A program made the translations under genes and the position numbers. The notes beneath the pieces are model-generated. The model saw nothing but the letters and a program-made list of their open reading frames with translations, had not been told where the DNA came from and did not search any database. 60,892 nucleotides of DNA from Bacillota bacterium (GTDB lineage Bacteria > Bacillota > Clostridia > Oscillospirales > CAG-272): the NCBI GenBank assembly GCA_029219205.1, contig JAQXSY010000143.1:1-60892 (forward strand). Direction: 5' to 3'. Shown in pieces: positions 7,683 to 16,704 of this stretch (position 1 is the first letter of the stretch; every line of letters begins with the position of its first letter).

Positions 7683-7758
7683 GAAGATAAGATCCAATAG
7701 TGATCGCTCCGGTCACAGCGCCGGAATTTTGTTTAAATATTTAAGGAGAATTCTACAA

Positions 7759-8892
7759 ATGGCAGATGAAGTACTTAGCCAGTTCCAGCAGAAAAAGGAA
7801 GCGGCAAAAATTGATACCAACAGAAAACTCAGAGTAGGCATCATCGGTACAGGTTGGATCGCAGAATCCCATATCGAATCCTACAAGCGTATGCCCGACG
7901 TTGAGATCGTCGCCGGCGCTGATTTGATCCCCGGAAAAGCTGAACGTTTCTTCAAGAGATACGGCGTTGAAGGCGTTCGTCTCTACCCCAGCCACAAGGA
8001 AATGCTTGACAACGAAGAGCTTGACGCAGTAAGCGTCTGCACCTACAACCGTCAGCATGCTGCCCCCACAATATACGCGCTCAATAAGGGCGTAAGCGTT
8101 CTTCTCGAGAAGCCCATGTGCGTTACAACCGAAGAAGCAGTTGAAATGATGCGCGCAGAAAAGGCAAGCGGAAAGGTTCTTTCCGTAGGATTCCAGCCCC
8201 GTTTCGACGCTAACATGCAGATGATTAAGAAGATCGTTCAGTCCGGCACACTCGGCGAGATCTACTACATCCAGACCGGCGGCGGACGCAGACGCGGTAT
8301 TCCGAACAGCACATTCATCGAGCAGAAGACCGCCGGAATCGGCGCAATGGGCGACATCGGCTGCTACTCTCTCGATATGGTTCTTAACGCAATCGGCTAT
8401 CCGAAGCCCCTCACAGTTACCGGTTACACCTCCGACTTCTTCGGAACCAACCCGAAGTACAACGGCGCTGACGCAGCACGCTTCAACGTTGAAGACTTTG
8501 CAGCAGCATTTGTTCGTCTTGAAGGCGGAATCATTCTCGACTTCCGTATCTCCTGGGCTATGCATCTGAACACCCCCGGCGATACAATTATTCTCGGTAA
8601 AGAAGGCGCGCTCCGCATTCCTTCAACAGACTGCTGGAACGGCTCCGTTGGCGGACCCATGACTCTGTATCATGACGTTGCCGGCTGCCAGACCCAGACA
8701 ACAATACCGATCATCAACGACAACGGCTCGCTCTTCGACCGCAAGATCCGTTCCTTCCTTGACGCTGTTAAGAACGGAACCGAGGCTCCTGTTCCAACCT
8801 CCCAGATTATTTACAACCAGGCAATCATCGATCATATCGTTAAATCCGCTGCTGTTGGCCACGAGATCGAAGTTCAGATACCCGAACTTTAA
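7759..8892 (+). CDS. Gfo/Idh/MocA family NAD(P)-dependent oxidoreductase (paralog 1)
   Basis: Rossmann motif VGIIGTGWIA and the EKP motif (LLEKPM). Start moved from the track's 7681 to ATG 7759, which has AAGGAG 10 nt upstream and shares the N-terminus MADEVLSQFQQKKEA with the downstream paralog. Confidence 0.85.
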   Translation: MADEVLSQFQQKKEAAKIDTNRKLRVGIIGTGWIAESHIESYKRMPDVEIVAGADLIPGKAERFFKRYGVEGVRLYPSHKEMLDNEELDAVSVCTYNRQHAAPTIYALNKGVSVLLEKPMCVTTEEAVEMMRAEKASGKVLSVGFQPRFDANMQMIKKIVQSGTLGEIYYIQTGGGRRRGIPNSTFIEQKTAGIGAMGDIGCYSLDMVLNAIGYPKPLTVTGYTSDFFGTNPKYNGADAARFNVEDFAAAFVRLEGGIILDFRISWAMHLNTPGDTIILGKEGALRIPSTDCWNGSVGGPMTLYHDVAGCQTQTTIPIINDNGSLFDRKIRSFLDAVKNGTEAPVPTSQIIYNQAIIDHIVKSAAVGHEIEVQIPEL

Positions 8893-8964
8893 AATAATCC
8901 CGTTTACAAAAAACGGAACATTTTAAAAGTAACAATTACAAACGAAAGGGTTTGGTATTAAATC

Positions 8965-10095
8965 ATGGCAGATGAGGTACTCAGCCAGTTTCAGCAGAAA
9001 AAGGAAGCTGAAAAAATTGACGCAGACCGCAAGTTCCGCATCGGAATAATCGGAACCGGCGGAATCGCAAACGCACACTGCGGCGCTTATAAGGATATGC
9101 CCGACGTTGAAATCGTCGCCGGCGCCGACATAATTCCCGGTAAAGCAGATCGTTTCTTCAAGGCTCATGGCCTCGAAGGAGTTCATACCTATACAAACCA
9201 CGTCGAAATGCTTGAAAAAGAAGACCTTGACGCTGTAAGCGTATGTACGTACAACACACAGCATGCGGTCTGCGTTATCGACGCGCTCAAGAGAGGCATT
9301 CATGTGCTTGTTGAAAAGCCCATGTCGGTTACCACTGAAGAAGCAGTTGAAATGATGCGCGCTGAAAAGGAAAGCGGAAAGGTTCTTTCCATCGGCTTCC
9401 AGCCTCGTTTTGACGGCAACATGCAGATGATAAAGAAGATCGTTCAGTCCGGCACGCTCGGCGAGATTTACTACATCCAGACCGGCGGCGGACGCAGACG
9501 CGGAATTCCGGGAAGCACGTTCATCGAAAAGAGAACCGCCGGAATCGGCGCAATGGGCGATATCGGCTGCTATGCGCTCGACGCAGTTCTTAATGCAGTT
9601 GATTATCCGAAGCCTCTCACCGTTTCCGGATACACTTCCGACTTTTTCGGAAAGAATCCGAAGTACAACGGCGCTGACGCAGCACGCTTTGACGTTGACG
9701 ACTTTGCCGCTGCATTCGTACGTCTCGAAGGCGGAATTATCCTCGACTTCCGTATATCTTGGGCTATGCACGCTAACACGCCCGGAGATTCTCTGATTCT
9801 CGGTAAGGAAGGCGCGCTCCGCATTCCTTCAACAGACTGCTGGAACGGCTCCGTTGGTGGACCCATGACGCTTTATCACGACGTTGCAGGCCGCCAGACC
9901 GAGACGACGATACCGCTCGTTCCCGGAACCAATCTCTGGCACGGTAAGATTCGTTCTTTCCTTGACGCAATCAAGTACAACAGACCGTCTCCCATTCCGT
10001 CGTCTCAGATCCTGTATAATCAGGCTATCATTGACCACATCGTTAAATCCGCAGAAGTCGGTCATGAGATCCCTGTCGTTATCCCCGAAATCTGA
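8965..10095 (+). CDS. Gfo/Idh/MocA family NAD(P)-dependent oxidoreductase (paralog 2)
   Basis: IGIIGTGGIA and LVEKPM motifs. Collinear with paralog 1 along its full length. Confidence 0.85.
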   Translation: MADEVLSQFQQKKEAEKIDADRKFRIGIIGTGGIANAHCGAYKDMPDVEIVAGADIIPGKADRFFKAHGLEGVHTYTNHVEMLEKEDLDAVSVCTYNTQHAVCVIDALKRGIHVLVEKPMSVTTEEAVEMMRAEKESGKVLSIGFQPRFDGNMQMIKKIVQSGTLGEIYYIQTGGGRRRGIPGSTFIEKRTAGIGAMGDIGCYALDAVLNAVDYPKPLTVSGYTSDFFGKNPKYNGADAARFDVDDFAAAFVRLEGGIILDFRISWAMHANTPGDSLILGKEGALRIPSTDCWNGSVGGPMTLYHDVAGRQTETTIPLVPGTNLWHGKIRSFLDAIKYNRPSPIPSSQILYNQAIIDHIVKSAEVGHEIPVVIPEI

Positions 10096-10119
10096 ACTTT
10101 TAAAGCCTAAATTAACAAT

Positions 10120-10156
10120 AAAAAGTGCCGCGAAAAACATTTCGCGGCACTTTTTA
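10120..10156. terminator. bidirectional rho-independent terminator between convergent genes
   Basis: 11-bp stem GTGCCGCGAAA/TTTCGCGGCAC with a 4-nt loop, flanked by an A-run and a T-run. Confidence 0.8.
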
Positions 10157-10194
10157 TGTGAAACAGCTGCTTTACGAAACAGCACGACGGCTTT

Positions 10195-10941
10195 TCAGCC
10201 TCTGTTTTTCAGTATCTCGCCAACGGCTTCAAGATCCTCCGGAGTATTTACTCCGCGTATCTCGTCCTGTCTGTCTATAATGTAGCTTTCAACCTTTTCT
10301 CCTGCGCGGATAAGTATCGGCGGGAGGTCGGTTATATAATACTCGCCTTTTGCGTTGTTGTTTGTAAGCTTTGAAAGCGAATAGCGCAGCTTGTCTGCGT
10401 TGAAAATGTACATACCTATGTTGAGCTCTTTTATGAGCTTCTGTTCTGGAGTGCAGTCCGCTTCTTCGACGATATCGACAATTCGTCCGTCGCTTCCGCG
10501 TACGATTCTGCCGTAAGGAAGATATTCGTCGGAAATGCAGGTGAGCATAGTGCATACCGCTCCGGACGCCTCATGCTGAGCTTTCATGCCGCAAAGCGTC
10601 TCGCGGCTGAAGAGCGGCATGTCTCCGTTTACAATAAACACATCGCCGTGATAATCGTCGAACGAAGCGTCCTTCATTCCGCACATAACCGCATATCCTG
10701 TTCCGTATGCATCGTCGCCCTGACGTATGCAGTGATAGTCGGGATAAGCATTCTCGACCTGCTCCGCAAGATATCCGACAATAATGTTTGTGTCCTCTTT
10801 CGGCGCAACCGCTGCGGTTGCGTCAAGAACATAGTCAAGCAGCGTTCTGCCGTTTGAACGGCGGAGAACCTTCGGCATGGGGGTTGAGCCGAGCTTTGCC
10901 AAACGTGTGCCTTTACCGGCTGCCATAATAATTATTTTCAT
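10195..10941 (-). CDS. sugar-phosphate nucleotidyltransferase (GlmU N-terminal domain-like)
   Basis: N-terminal MAAGKGTRL (GxGTRx) signature. Size and fold class match NTP_transferase proteins. No acetyltransferase hexapeptide domain. Confidence 0.7.
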   Translation of the reverse strand: MKIIIMAAGKGTRLAKLGSTPMPKVLRRSNGRTLLDYVLDATAAVAPKEDTNIIVGYLAEQVENAYPDYHCIRQGDDAYGTGYAVMCGMKDASFDDYHGDVFIVNGDMPLFSRETLCGMKAQHEASGAVCTMLTCISDEYLPYGRIVRGSDGRIVDIVEEADCTPEQKLIKELNIGMYIFNADKLRYSLSKLTNNNAKGEYYITDLPPILIRAGEKVESYIIDRQDEIRGVNTPEDLEAVGEILKNRG

Positions 10942-10958
10942 TTTTTTATCCTCTCAGA

Positions 10959-13256
10959 TCATTTTTGTGTATTCATAAAAAATAGTTTAAGCGGATTTTC
11001 GTTCTTTTCCGGATTTCCGACAAGAAAGACGGAACTTGCGGAGTCAAGCTTCAGCTCGACCTCCGTATAATCGGATCCGCCTATAACCGTGTGCGCGGAA
11101 TTGAGCCGTCTGATCTTTCCGTTCCTCGGATCCCATTCCTCAAGCGGCAAATCTCCTCTGACTGAGACAACTCCTTCATAATTGCTCTTGGTGGTGTTTG
11201 AAATATAATATACGTCCAGGTCGTGATACTTTCTGTGGATATAGTTGAGCATACCTCCGAACCTGTTCACCGTTTCGTCTCCCAAGTTCATATACAGCGG
11301 ATAATAAAGATTTAGAATTCCGTTATCCTCCACCGACGGCATATTCCCGATTATAATATCCCAGTTTACTCCGGTATCTTCAAGCGCTTTGTTCAGCATC
11401 TGGGGCGACGTCATATCTGTGCCGTCAACCGCAGTCGCAGAAGCGTGCAGGAAGCAGGCAACGCCTCCGTTTTCGTTTTTATTTACGAAATAGTCGGTAA
11501 ATATATTCCGTTCCCTGCCGACTCCGAACACACGACGTATAATTTTTTCGAGCTCATCTGACGCATCCGGAGAGCGGTATTGCTCTATCGCCGAAAACGG
11601 CAGGCACGAGGTTGCGATTATTTTCCCGCCGCAGTCGAAAAATTTCGCGACCATGCGCATTGTTTCAAGACAGATTATCGAAGAGCCGGGAATAATCAGA
11701 ACTTTGAACACCTCCGGATTTGTCCGGCTGTTGAGACGGAGCGTGTCGTTTTCGATAAAGCAGTTTTTAAAGAGCGTTATCGGGTGCAGAACGGTCACAT
11801 CATGCCCGGAATAGTTCATAACCGAGTTTATCACGTTCATATAATCCGCGTTCGACGGCACAACGGGGTATTCGTAGCCGCCTGATGGGTCGTGATGCTC
11901 AAACAGATACGTCTGGCATTCAAGCGAGCTTATGGGATAAAGCACTGCAATGTCCGCAGTGTGCCGTCCTCCGCTCAGCATCGCACTGCAGCGTGCGGCA
12001 AAATCGCAGTATTTCTCGTTTATTATATCACGTCCGCAGGTTTCCCGGATCCAAAGCCGGTTTGCACCGCGCGCGAACGCATTCATCGTCTCTTTGTAAA
12101 CAATATCCTCGTCCGCATTAAACTCGCGGAACATATCGCAGATTGTAATCTCCTTGCCGTAATTATACGACGCGCAGGAAGCGAGTTTAACGCAGTTCAG
12201 ACCGTACATATACGCATGTGTCAGTTTGGCGTATGCAAAATCGCTCTTTTCCTGAAATCTCATTCCGTCTCCGAAGATCCACGGCGCAGACACCGCCTTC
12301 GGCACCGCAACCGATCCGGTTATCTTCATTATATGAGAATTCGCGTAATCCGAAACGGCCTTGTAAAAACCGTAGCGGAGCATATCTGTCCGGCAGTGGA
12401 CAAGAAGTCCGCGATAATAGGACATATCCTCTCCCATATCGATAAAAAGCGAAAGGTAATACGGAGCGGGATCAAAACCGAAGCGTCCGAAAAAGAACTC
12501 GTTGAAAGCGTCGTCCCAGTCGCGGCGGTTCTCGGTTATATATTGTATGCAGTCATAGACGCATATGAGAGACTCGGTGTCGGCAAGAGTTTCGCTGACC
12601 TTAGCAAGTCCCGAATACGCCAGCTCGGCAAATTTATAGGAAGCCTCGTAGTTAAGGTAATTTACGTGACTGCAGTCTGCCTGCCTGCGGCAGTAGAAGG
12701 TGTTTATAACCCAGTTTCCGTCCGGCATGTCATAACGAAGGACTCCGTCTTTTACATACGGATAAAGGAACAAACTTTCTCCCGAATCCTCATCGTAGGC
12801 GATCGCCGACATCAGTTTTCCGTTGGTTTTGATCTTCAAAGCGACGCTTTCGTGCTCATCGCACTTATATTCCTCACGGTCGAGACGTTTTGCGCAAAGC
12901 TCGGGATACAGTTCACCAAATTTTCCGCCGGCGTATCCGGACGGCCGAGAGGACGACGTCATACAATCGTCAGCCGCGGCAACGCCGAGTCCGCTGTCCG
13001 CGCAGCGTTTCGCCAAAACCGCAAGCGCCTCGTAATATTCGGGCGTCAGGTATTTGGGTTCCGTTTTTTCGCTTGGCAGAAGAATTACTCCGCCGAAGCC
13101 ACGGCTTTTTATGTCAGAAATTCTGGAAGCGCAGTAGTCGTCGTCGGAAATATCCCCATCCAAGGTCAGAAACGAGTACGGTCGATAATCGTCTTTCACG
13201 GATGTGAAAGCTTTTTTCAGCTCGCCGTATTTTTTTATGCTTTGTTCTTCTAACAT
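10959..13256 (-). CDS. large uncharacterised protein, possibly glycoside hydrolase/phosphorylase-like
   Basis: 765 aa from ATG 13256 (GGAGGG 6 nt upstream); the track's TTG at 13286 is less likely. No signal peptide. I recognise no diagnostic motif. Co-oriented with the nucleotidyltransferase and 17 nt upstream of it. Confidence 0.6.
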   Translation of the reverse strand: MLEEQSIKKYGELKKAFTSVKDDYRPYSFLTLDGDISDDDYCASRISDIKSRGFGGVILLPSEKTEPKYLTPEYYEALAVLAKRCADSGLGVAAADDCMTSSSRPSGYAGGKFGELYPELCAKRLDREEYKCDEHESVALKIKTNGKLMSAIAYDEDSGESLFLYPYVKDGVLRYDMPDGNWVINTFYCRRQADCSHVNYLNYEASYKFAELAYSGLAKVSETLADTESLICVYDCIQYITENRRDWDDAFNEFFFGRFGFDPAPYYLSLFIDMGEDMSYYRGLLVHCRTDMLRYGFYKAVSDYANSHIMKITGSVAVPKAVSAPWIFGDGMRFQEKSDFAYAKLTHAYMYGLNCVKLASCASYNYGKEITICDMFREFNADEDIVYKETMNAFARGANRLWIRETCGRDIINEKYCDFAARCSAMLSGGRHTADIAVLYPISSLECQTYLFEHHDPSGGYEYPVVPSNADYMNVINSVMNYSGHDVTVLHPITLFKNCFIENDTLRLNSRTNPEVFKVLIIPGSSIICLETMRMVAKFFDCGGKIIATSCLPFSAIEQYRSPDASDELEKIIRRVFGVGRERNIFTDYFVNKNENGGVACFLHASATAVDGTDMTSPQMLNKALEDTGVNWDIIIGNMPSVEDNGILNLYYPLYMNLGDETVNRFGGMLNYIHRKYHDLDVYYISNTTKSNYEGVVSVRGDLPLEEWDPRNGKIRRLNSAHTVIGGSDYTEVELKLDSASSVFLVGNPEKNENPLKLFFMNTQK

Positions 13257-13407
13257 ACGTTTCCCTCCGTCGGGTTGTTGAGTCAAAGCCGGGACGCATA
13301 ATAATATCCTGTTGCAAAACGTAACGGCTTCAAAACATCGGTCACGGTTTTGATGATTATATTATAGCAGTTATTTTAAAAAAAGCCATAGTTTTAAGAA
13401 AAAATAA

Positions 13408-13436
13408 TTGATAATTTTTCTTTATGGCGGTATAAT
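13408..13436 (+). promoter_or_regulatory. sigma-A type promoter for the PfkB kinase gene
   Basis: TTGATA (13408-13413), 17-nt spacer, TATAAT (13431-13436). Confidence 0.55.
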
Positions 13437-13478
13437 GTGATTGCATTAAGCAAAAATTTCGTCCGAGGTGCAATAAAT

Positions 13479-14414
13479 ATGAAGATTTTAACAATCACGC
13501 TGAATCCGGCGTACGACGTCTACTGTAAAATCTCGTCGTTTGAATTATATAAAGAAAATTTAATCAAATCCACATTCACATCGCCCGGAGGAAAAGGAGT
13601 CAACATTTCGCGCGCGATGACCGTTTACGGCATCCCGACGGCGGCATACATTGTGTTCGGCAGAGAGAACTGCGGCGCGTTTGAAAATGCGTTGAATTCG
13701 GAGAAAGTTCCGTACGTTCCGTTTTACACCGACGGAAGAATCCGCGAAAATTATACGGTTATTCCCGAAAACGCGGCCGAAACGCGAATTTGCTTCGACA
13801 GCTTTACAGCCGGACCCGAAATTTTAGACAGCGTGCTCTCCCGAATTGAGACGGATGCAGACGCAGACGATATTATCGCTTTTTCCGGAAAATTTCCGGG
13901 CAAAATTGACAGAGAAAGCAAGCTGCGGTTTCTGAAAAAGCTCAAACAGCTTACAAAACGCCTGGTCATAGACACAAATTCGCTTGACGGAAAAGATATA
14001 ATCTCCCTTTCTCCGTGGCTGATAAAGCCGAATGAGCAGGAGCTTGAGGCGTTTACCGGAAGCCGTCCGTCCGGCCTTGAGGACGCAGCGAACTCCGCTC
14101 GCGAAATCCGGGAAGCGGGAGTTGAGAATGTACTCGTAACTCTCGGAGGAAACGGCGCGGCGTTTGCGGGAAAAGGAATTGTTATAACGGCCGACGCTCC
14201 GAAAATAGATGTTCTTTCGAGCGTGGGAGCAGGAGACAGCTCAATCTCGGGCTTTATCGCGGCCTTTATACGCGGCGAAGACAGTCTCGGATGCTTTTTG
14301 AACGCGGTTGCCTCCGGAAGCGCGGCATGTCTGCGCGAAGGAACCGCGCCGCCGCTTCAGTCGGATATTGAAAAACTCAGACCGATCATAAAGCTCCGGA
14401 CTGAAAACATATGA
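13479..14414 (+). CDS. PfkB family sugar-phosphate kinase (1-phosphofructokinase/tagatose-6-phosphate kinase-like)
   Basis: The N-terminus MKILTITLNPAYD and the C-terminal GAGDS motif are typical of the FruK/LacC subfamily. Start at ATG 13479, 8 nt after GAGGTG. Confidence 0.75.
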   Translation: MKILTITLNPAYDVYCKISSFELYKENLIKSTFTSPGGKGVNISRAMTVYGIPTAAYIVFGRENCGAFENALNSEKVPYVPFYTDGRIRENYTVIPENAAETRICFDSFTAGPEILDSVLSRIETDADADDIIAFSGKFPGKIDRESKLRFLKKLKQLTKRLVIDTNSLDGKDIISLSPWLIKPNEQELEAFTGSRPSGLEDAANSAREIREAGVENVLVTLGGNGAAFAGKGIVITADAPKIDVLSSVGAGDSSISGFIAAFIRGEDSLGCFLNAVASGSAACLREGTAPPLQSDIEKLRPIIKLRTENI

Positions 14415-14423
14415 ACTCGGTAA

Positions 14424-15047
14424 TCACCGTATAAAATTCGTCGCGGTTTTCGGTTCATCCTCCGGGAGCGTCACGCCTGCTTTTTCCGCCGCTTCCTTGC
14501 ATTTTAAAAACCACGCCATGTTCCTTGCAAGTATTCTCATCATCTGCATACCCTCTTCGTCCCGGCGGACGTCGTCCGGACAGCTTCCGTGTACCATGTT
14601 CCAGTACTTTGCGGAAATCACCGGCATTTCTGATATGGTCAGATACTTATTCATCTGATCGAGCGCCGCCGTTGTGCCCGCGCGTCTTGCAGAAACAACG
14701 CACGCGCCCGGCTTGAGACGGAACAGATCCTTCGGCTTTGCGTAAAAAACGCGGTCCATAAACGACGTCATACTGCCGCAAACGCCTGCGTAGTGTACCG
14801 GCGAGCCGAAAATGAAACCGTCCGCATTCTCTGCCTTCCCGAGAAATTCATTGACCTTGTCGTCGATAATGCATTTACCGAGTTTGCGGCAGGCAAGACA
14901 CGCCCTGCATCCGGTTATAGGCTCTGTTCCGATACAGAATATCTCAGTTTCAACTCCGCAGCGTTCAAGCTCATCCGCCGCCTCGCGCAGCGCGGTATAT
15001 GTACAGCCCGCCGTGTGCGGACTTCCGTTAACAAGCAATACTTTCAT
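14424..15047 (-). CDS. iron-sulfur flavoprotein / NAD(P)H-dependent FMN reductase family
   Basis: Flavodoxin-like N-terminus MKVLLVNGSPH plus a compact Cys cluster CRACLACRKLGKC (CxxCxxCx5C), as in Isf-type flavoproteins. Confidence 0.7.
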   Translation of the reverse strand: MKVLLVNGSPHTAGCTYTALREAADELERCGVETEIFCIGTEPITGCRACLACRKLGKCIIDDKVNEFLGKAENADGFIFGSPVHYAGVCGSMTSFMDRVFYAKPKDLFRLKPGACVVSARRAGTTAALDQMNKYLTISEMPVISAKYWNMVHGSCPDDVRRDEEGMQMMRILARNMAWFLKCKEAAEKAGVTLPEDEPKTATNFIR

Positions 15048-15115
15048 TATTTATACGTTTCCTTTCGTTTTAAATTAGTATAACATTACTTTTCGGCTCT
15101 GTCAATTATTACTCA

Positions 15116-16495
15116 TTAAGTCGACGCACGATAGAAAATATCAACACGGTCGTATGTTATTACAACTTTTTCGACGCATTCTCTTATGACCGCCCGTTTT
15201 TCTTCGCCGCTCATGTATTCCCATGCTTCCTTTATACCTGAAAGCCGCTCCGCAGTTTCGGCGGAGCGCTTTGTTTCCGCCTCAAGCTCCTCCTCTGCGG
15301 CAAGCTTTTCCCGAAGCTTCTCAAGCTCGGAGCGGTTTTCGTTTATTGTGTCGAGAAGAAGCTCGTTTCCGCTCTCCGCATAAAGATTATAAAGCCTCTT
15401 CAGCTTTTTCGTTATCAATTCGCACTGTTTTTGCAGCTGTTTTATCAGCGCTCCGCTCTGACCTGCGTTTTCGTCTCCGGAATCGGTTCTTTTTTCGGAA
15501 AATCTGAAAATGTCTGATATAACGGCGTTTTCAATCTCATTTGCCCAAACTTTATGATTATCGCACTTAACTCCGTGGGAAATGTGCGATTTTGAGCTGT
15601 CCTGGGAATAGCAATATATCTTGCAGCCTTTATCGCCCCACTTCTGATAGCGCATTTTTGTTCCGCATACTCCGCACACCACAAGTCCGGCAAGCAGATA
15701 CGACGACGGTCTGCGCGCTCCGCTTCCACGCTGCTTCATAAGCTCCATTGCCCTGTTGTAGGTCTCTTCGCTTACGATTGCCTCGTGCATTCCGCGGTAT
15801 TCCGTTCCGTTATAAAGAATTACGCCGGTGTTTGTCTTTCTCGTCAGGATTTGTCTTGCAAGATGCTCGTATTTCAGCCCGGCAGCACGGGCAATTTTCA
15901 TCATCGGCCAGCCCTTTATATAAAGGTCGTACATAAGCTTAACGGTTTCCGCGTCCGCATTCGGAACAAGTATACCCTTTTCCCTGTCGTAGTCATAGCC
16001 GAACGGAATCTTTCCGCCTCCGCGCCAAAGCCCGCGTTTTATTCGCTCCTTCATGCCCATTCTGGTGCGCTCGCGTATGGTTTCGCGTTCAAGCTGGGCA
16101 AACGCGCTCATTATACCAAGCATCGCCCTGCCTATCGGCGTTGAAGTATCCATGTTTTCATTTAGCGACACAAAGCTTACGCCGTGAGGATTGAATACGT
16201 CTTCGATCAGGTACAGCGTATCCTTTTGGCTTCTTGAAAGACGGTCGAGCTTGTAAACGACAACCGTGGCGACAAGGTCTTTATTCACCTCGTCAATAAG
16301 ACGTTTTATCTCCGGACGGTCTATCGTACTGCCCGACCATCCGCCGTCGATAAACAGCTCGTAATTTTCTATCCTGCGGCTGACGCAGTACGCAGTAAGC
16401 ATTTCTGCCTGAGCCTCGGCGGAATATCCTTCTTCAAACTGAGCGTCGGTAGACACGCGCACGTATAACGCGGTCTTTTTTTCTGCTTTACTCAC
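15116..16495 (-). CDS. large serine recombinase (resolvase/integrase family), apparently intact
   Basis: GTG start. N-terminal catalytic domain ALYVRVSTDAQ, a central recombinase domain, a Cys-rich zinc-ribbon region (CGVCGTKMRY...C..YC) and a C-terminal coiled coil (LEKLREKLAAEEELEAE). Confidence 0.9.
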   Translation of the reverse strand: MSKAEKKTALYVRVSTDAQFEEGYSAEAQAEMLTAYCVSRRIENYELFIDGGWSGSTIDRPEIKRLIDEVNKDLVATVVVYKLDRLSRSQKDTLYLIEDVFNPHGVSFVSLNENMDTSTPIGRAMLGIMSAFAQLERETIRERTRMGMKERIKRGLWRGGGKIPFGYDYDREKGILVPNADAETVKLMYDLYIKGWPMMKIARAAGLKYEHLARQILTRKTNTGVILYNGTEYRGMHEAIVSEETYNRAMELMKQRGSGARRPSSYLLAGLVVCGVCGTKMRYQKWGDKGCKIYCYSQDSSKSHISHGVKCDNHKVWANEIENAVISDIFRFSEKRTDSGDENAGQSGALIKQLQKQCELITKKLKRLYNLYAESGNELLLDTINENRSELEKLREKLAAEEELEAETKRSAETAERLSGIKEAWEYMSGEEKRAVIRECVEKVVITYDRVDIFYRAST

Positions 16496-16704
16496 TGAAG
16501 TCAGCCTTTGGCGGGCGGCATACCGTCTCCCGTTTCAAGTTCCTCATCTGAGCGCCGCCTTCCGGGAAGCTGCTTTTTTTCTCTCCTCCGACGTAGCGCG
16601 GCGGCGTTCATAGCGTCCCTCAGAGCTTCTCCTCCGACAGACGCGCCGTCCAGTTCTTCCGGCAACGCCTCGTTTCCGTTTATGAATCTTCGAATAATAA
16701 TAAC

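Noticed and set aside
7681-7758. Upstream extension of the first oxidoreductase ORF (track start 7681)
   Set aside because: The extension begins inside the predicted -10 region. ATG 7759 has an AAGGAG RBS and produces an N-terminus identical to the paralog's (MADEVLSQFQQKKEA).
7753-9771. Long antisense ORFs opposite the two oxidoreductase genes (7753..8565 and 8923..9771, minus strand). Similar shadow ORFs: 11892..13253 (+), 31547..32359 (+), 33722..34582 (+), 35914..37173 (+), 40207..41322 (+), 42305..43078 (-), 50968..51534 (-), 54227..54964 (+), 58575..59195 (-)
   Set aside because: Each lies entirely inside a gene with clear family motifs on the opposite strand. They have odd composition (Cys/Arg/Ser/Val-rich), no RBS and no recognisable domains. 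These are typical shadow ORFs.
16501-16611. 36-codon ORF (MNAAALRRRREKKQLPGRRRSDEELETGDGMPPAKG) on the minus strand, ending 9 nt before the recombinase GTG start; a possible excision-directionality factor or leader peptide
   Set aside because: It has a GAGG 6 nt upstream and tight spacing to the recombinase. But it is short and low-complexity, has no recognisable fold, and the same frame stays open far upstream without a start. It cannot be supported without conservation data.
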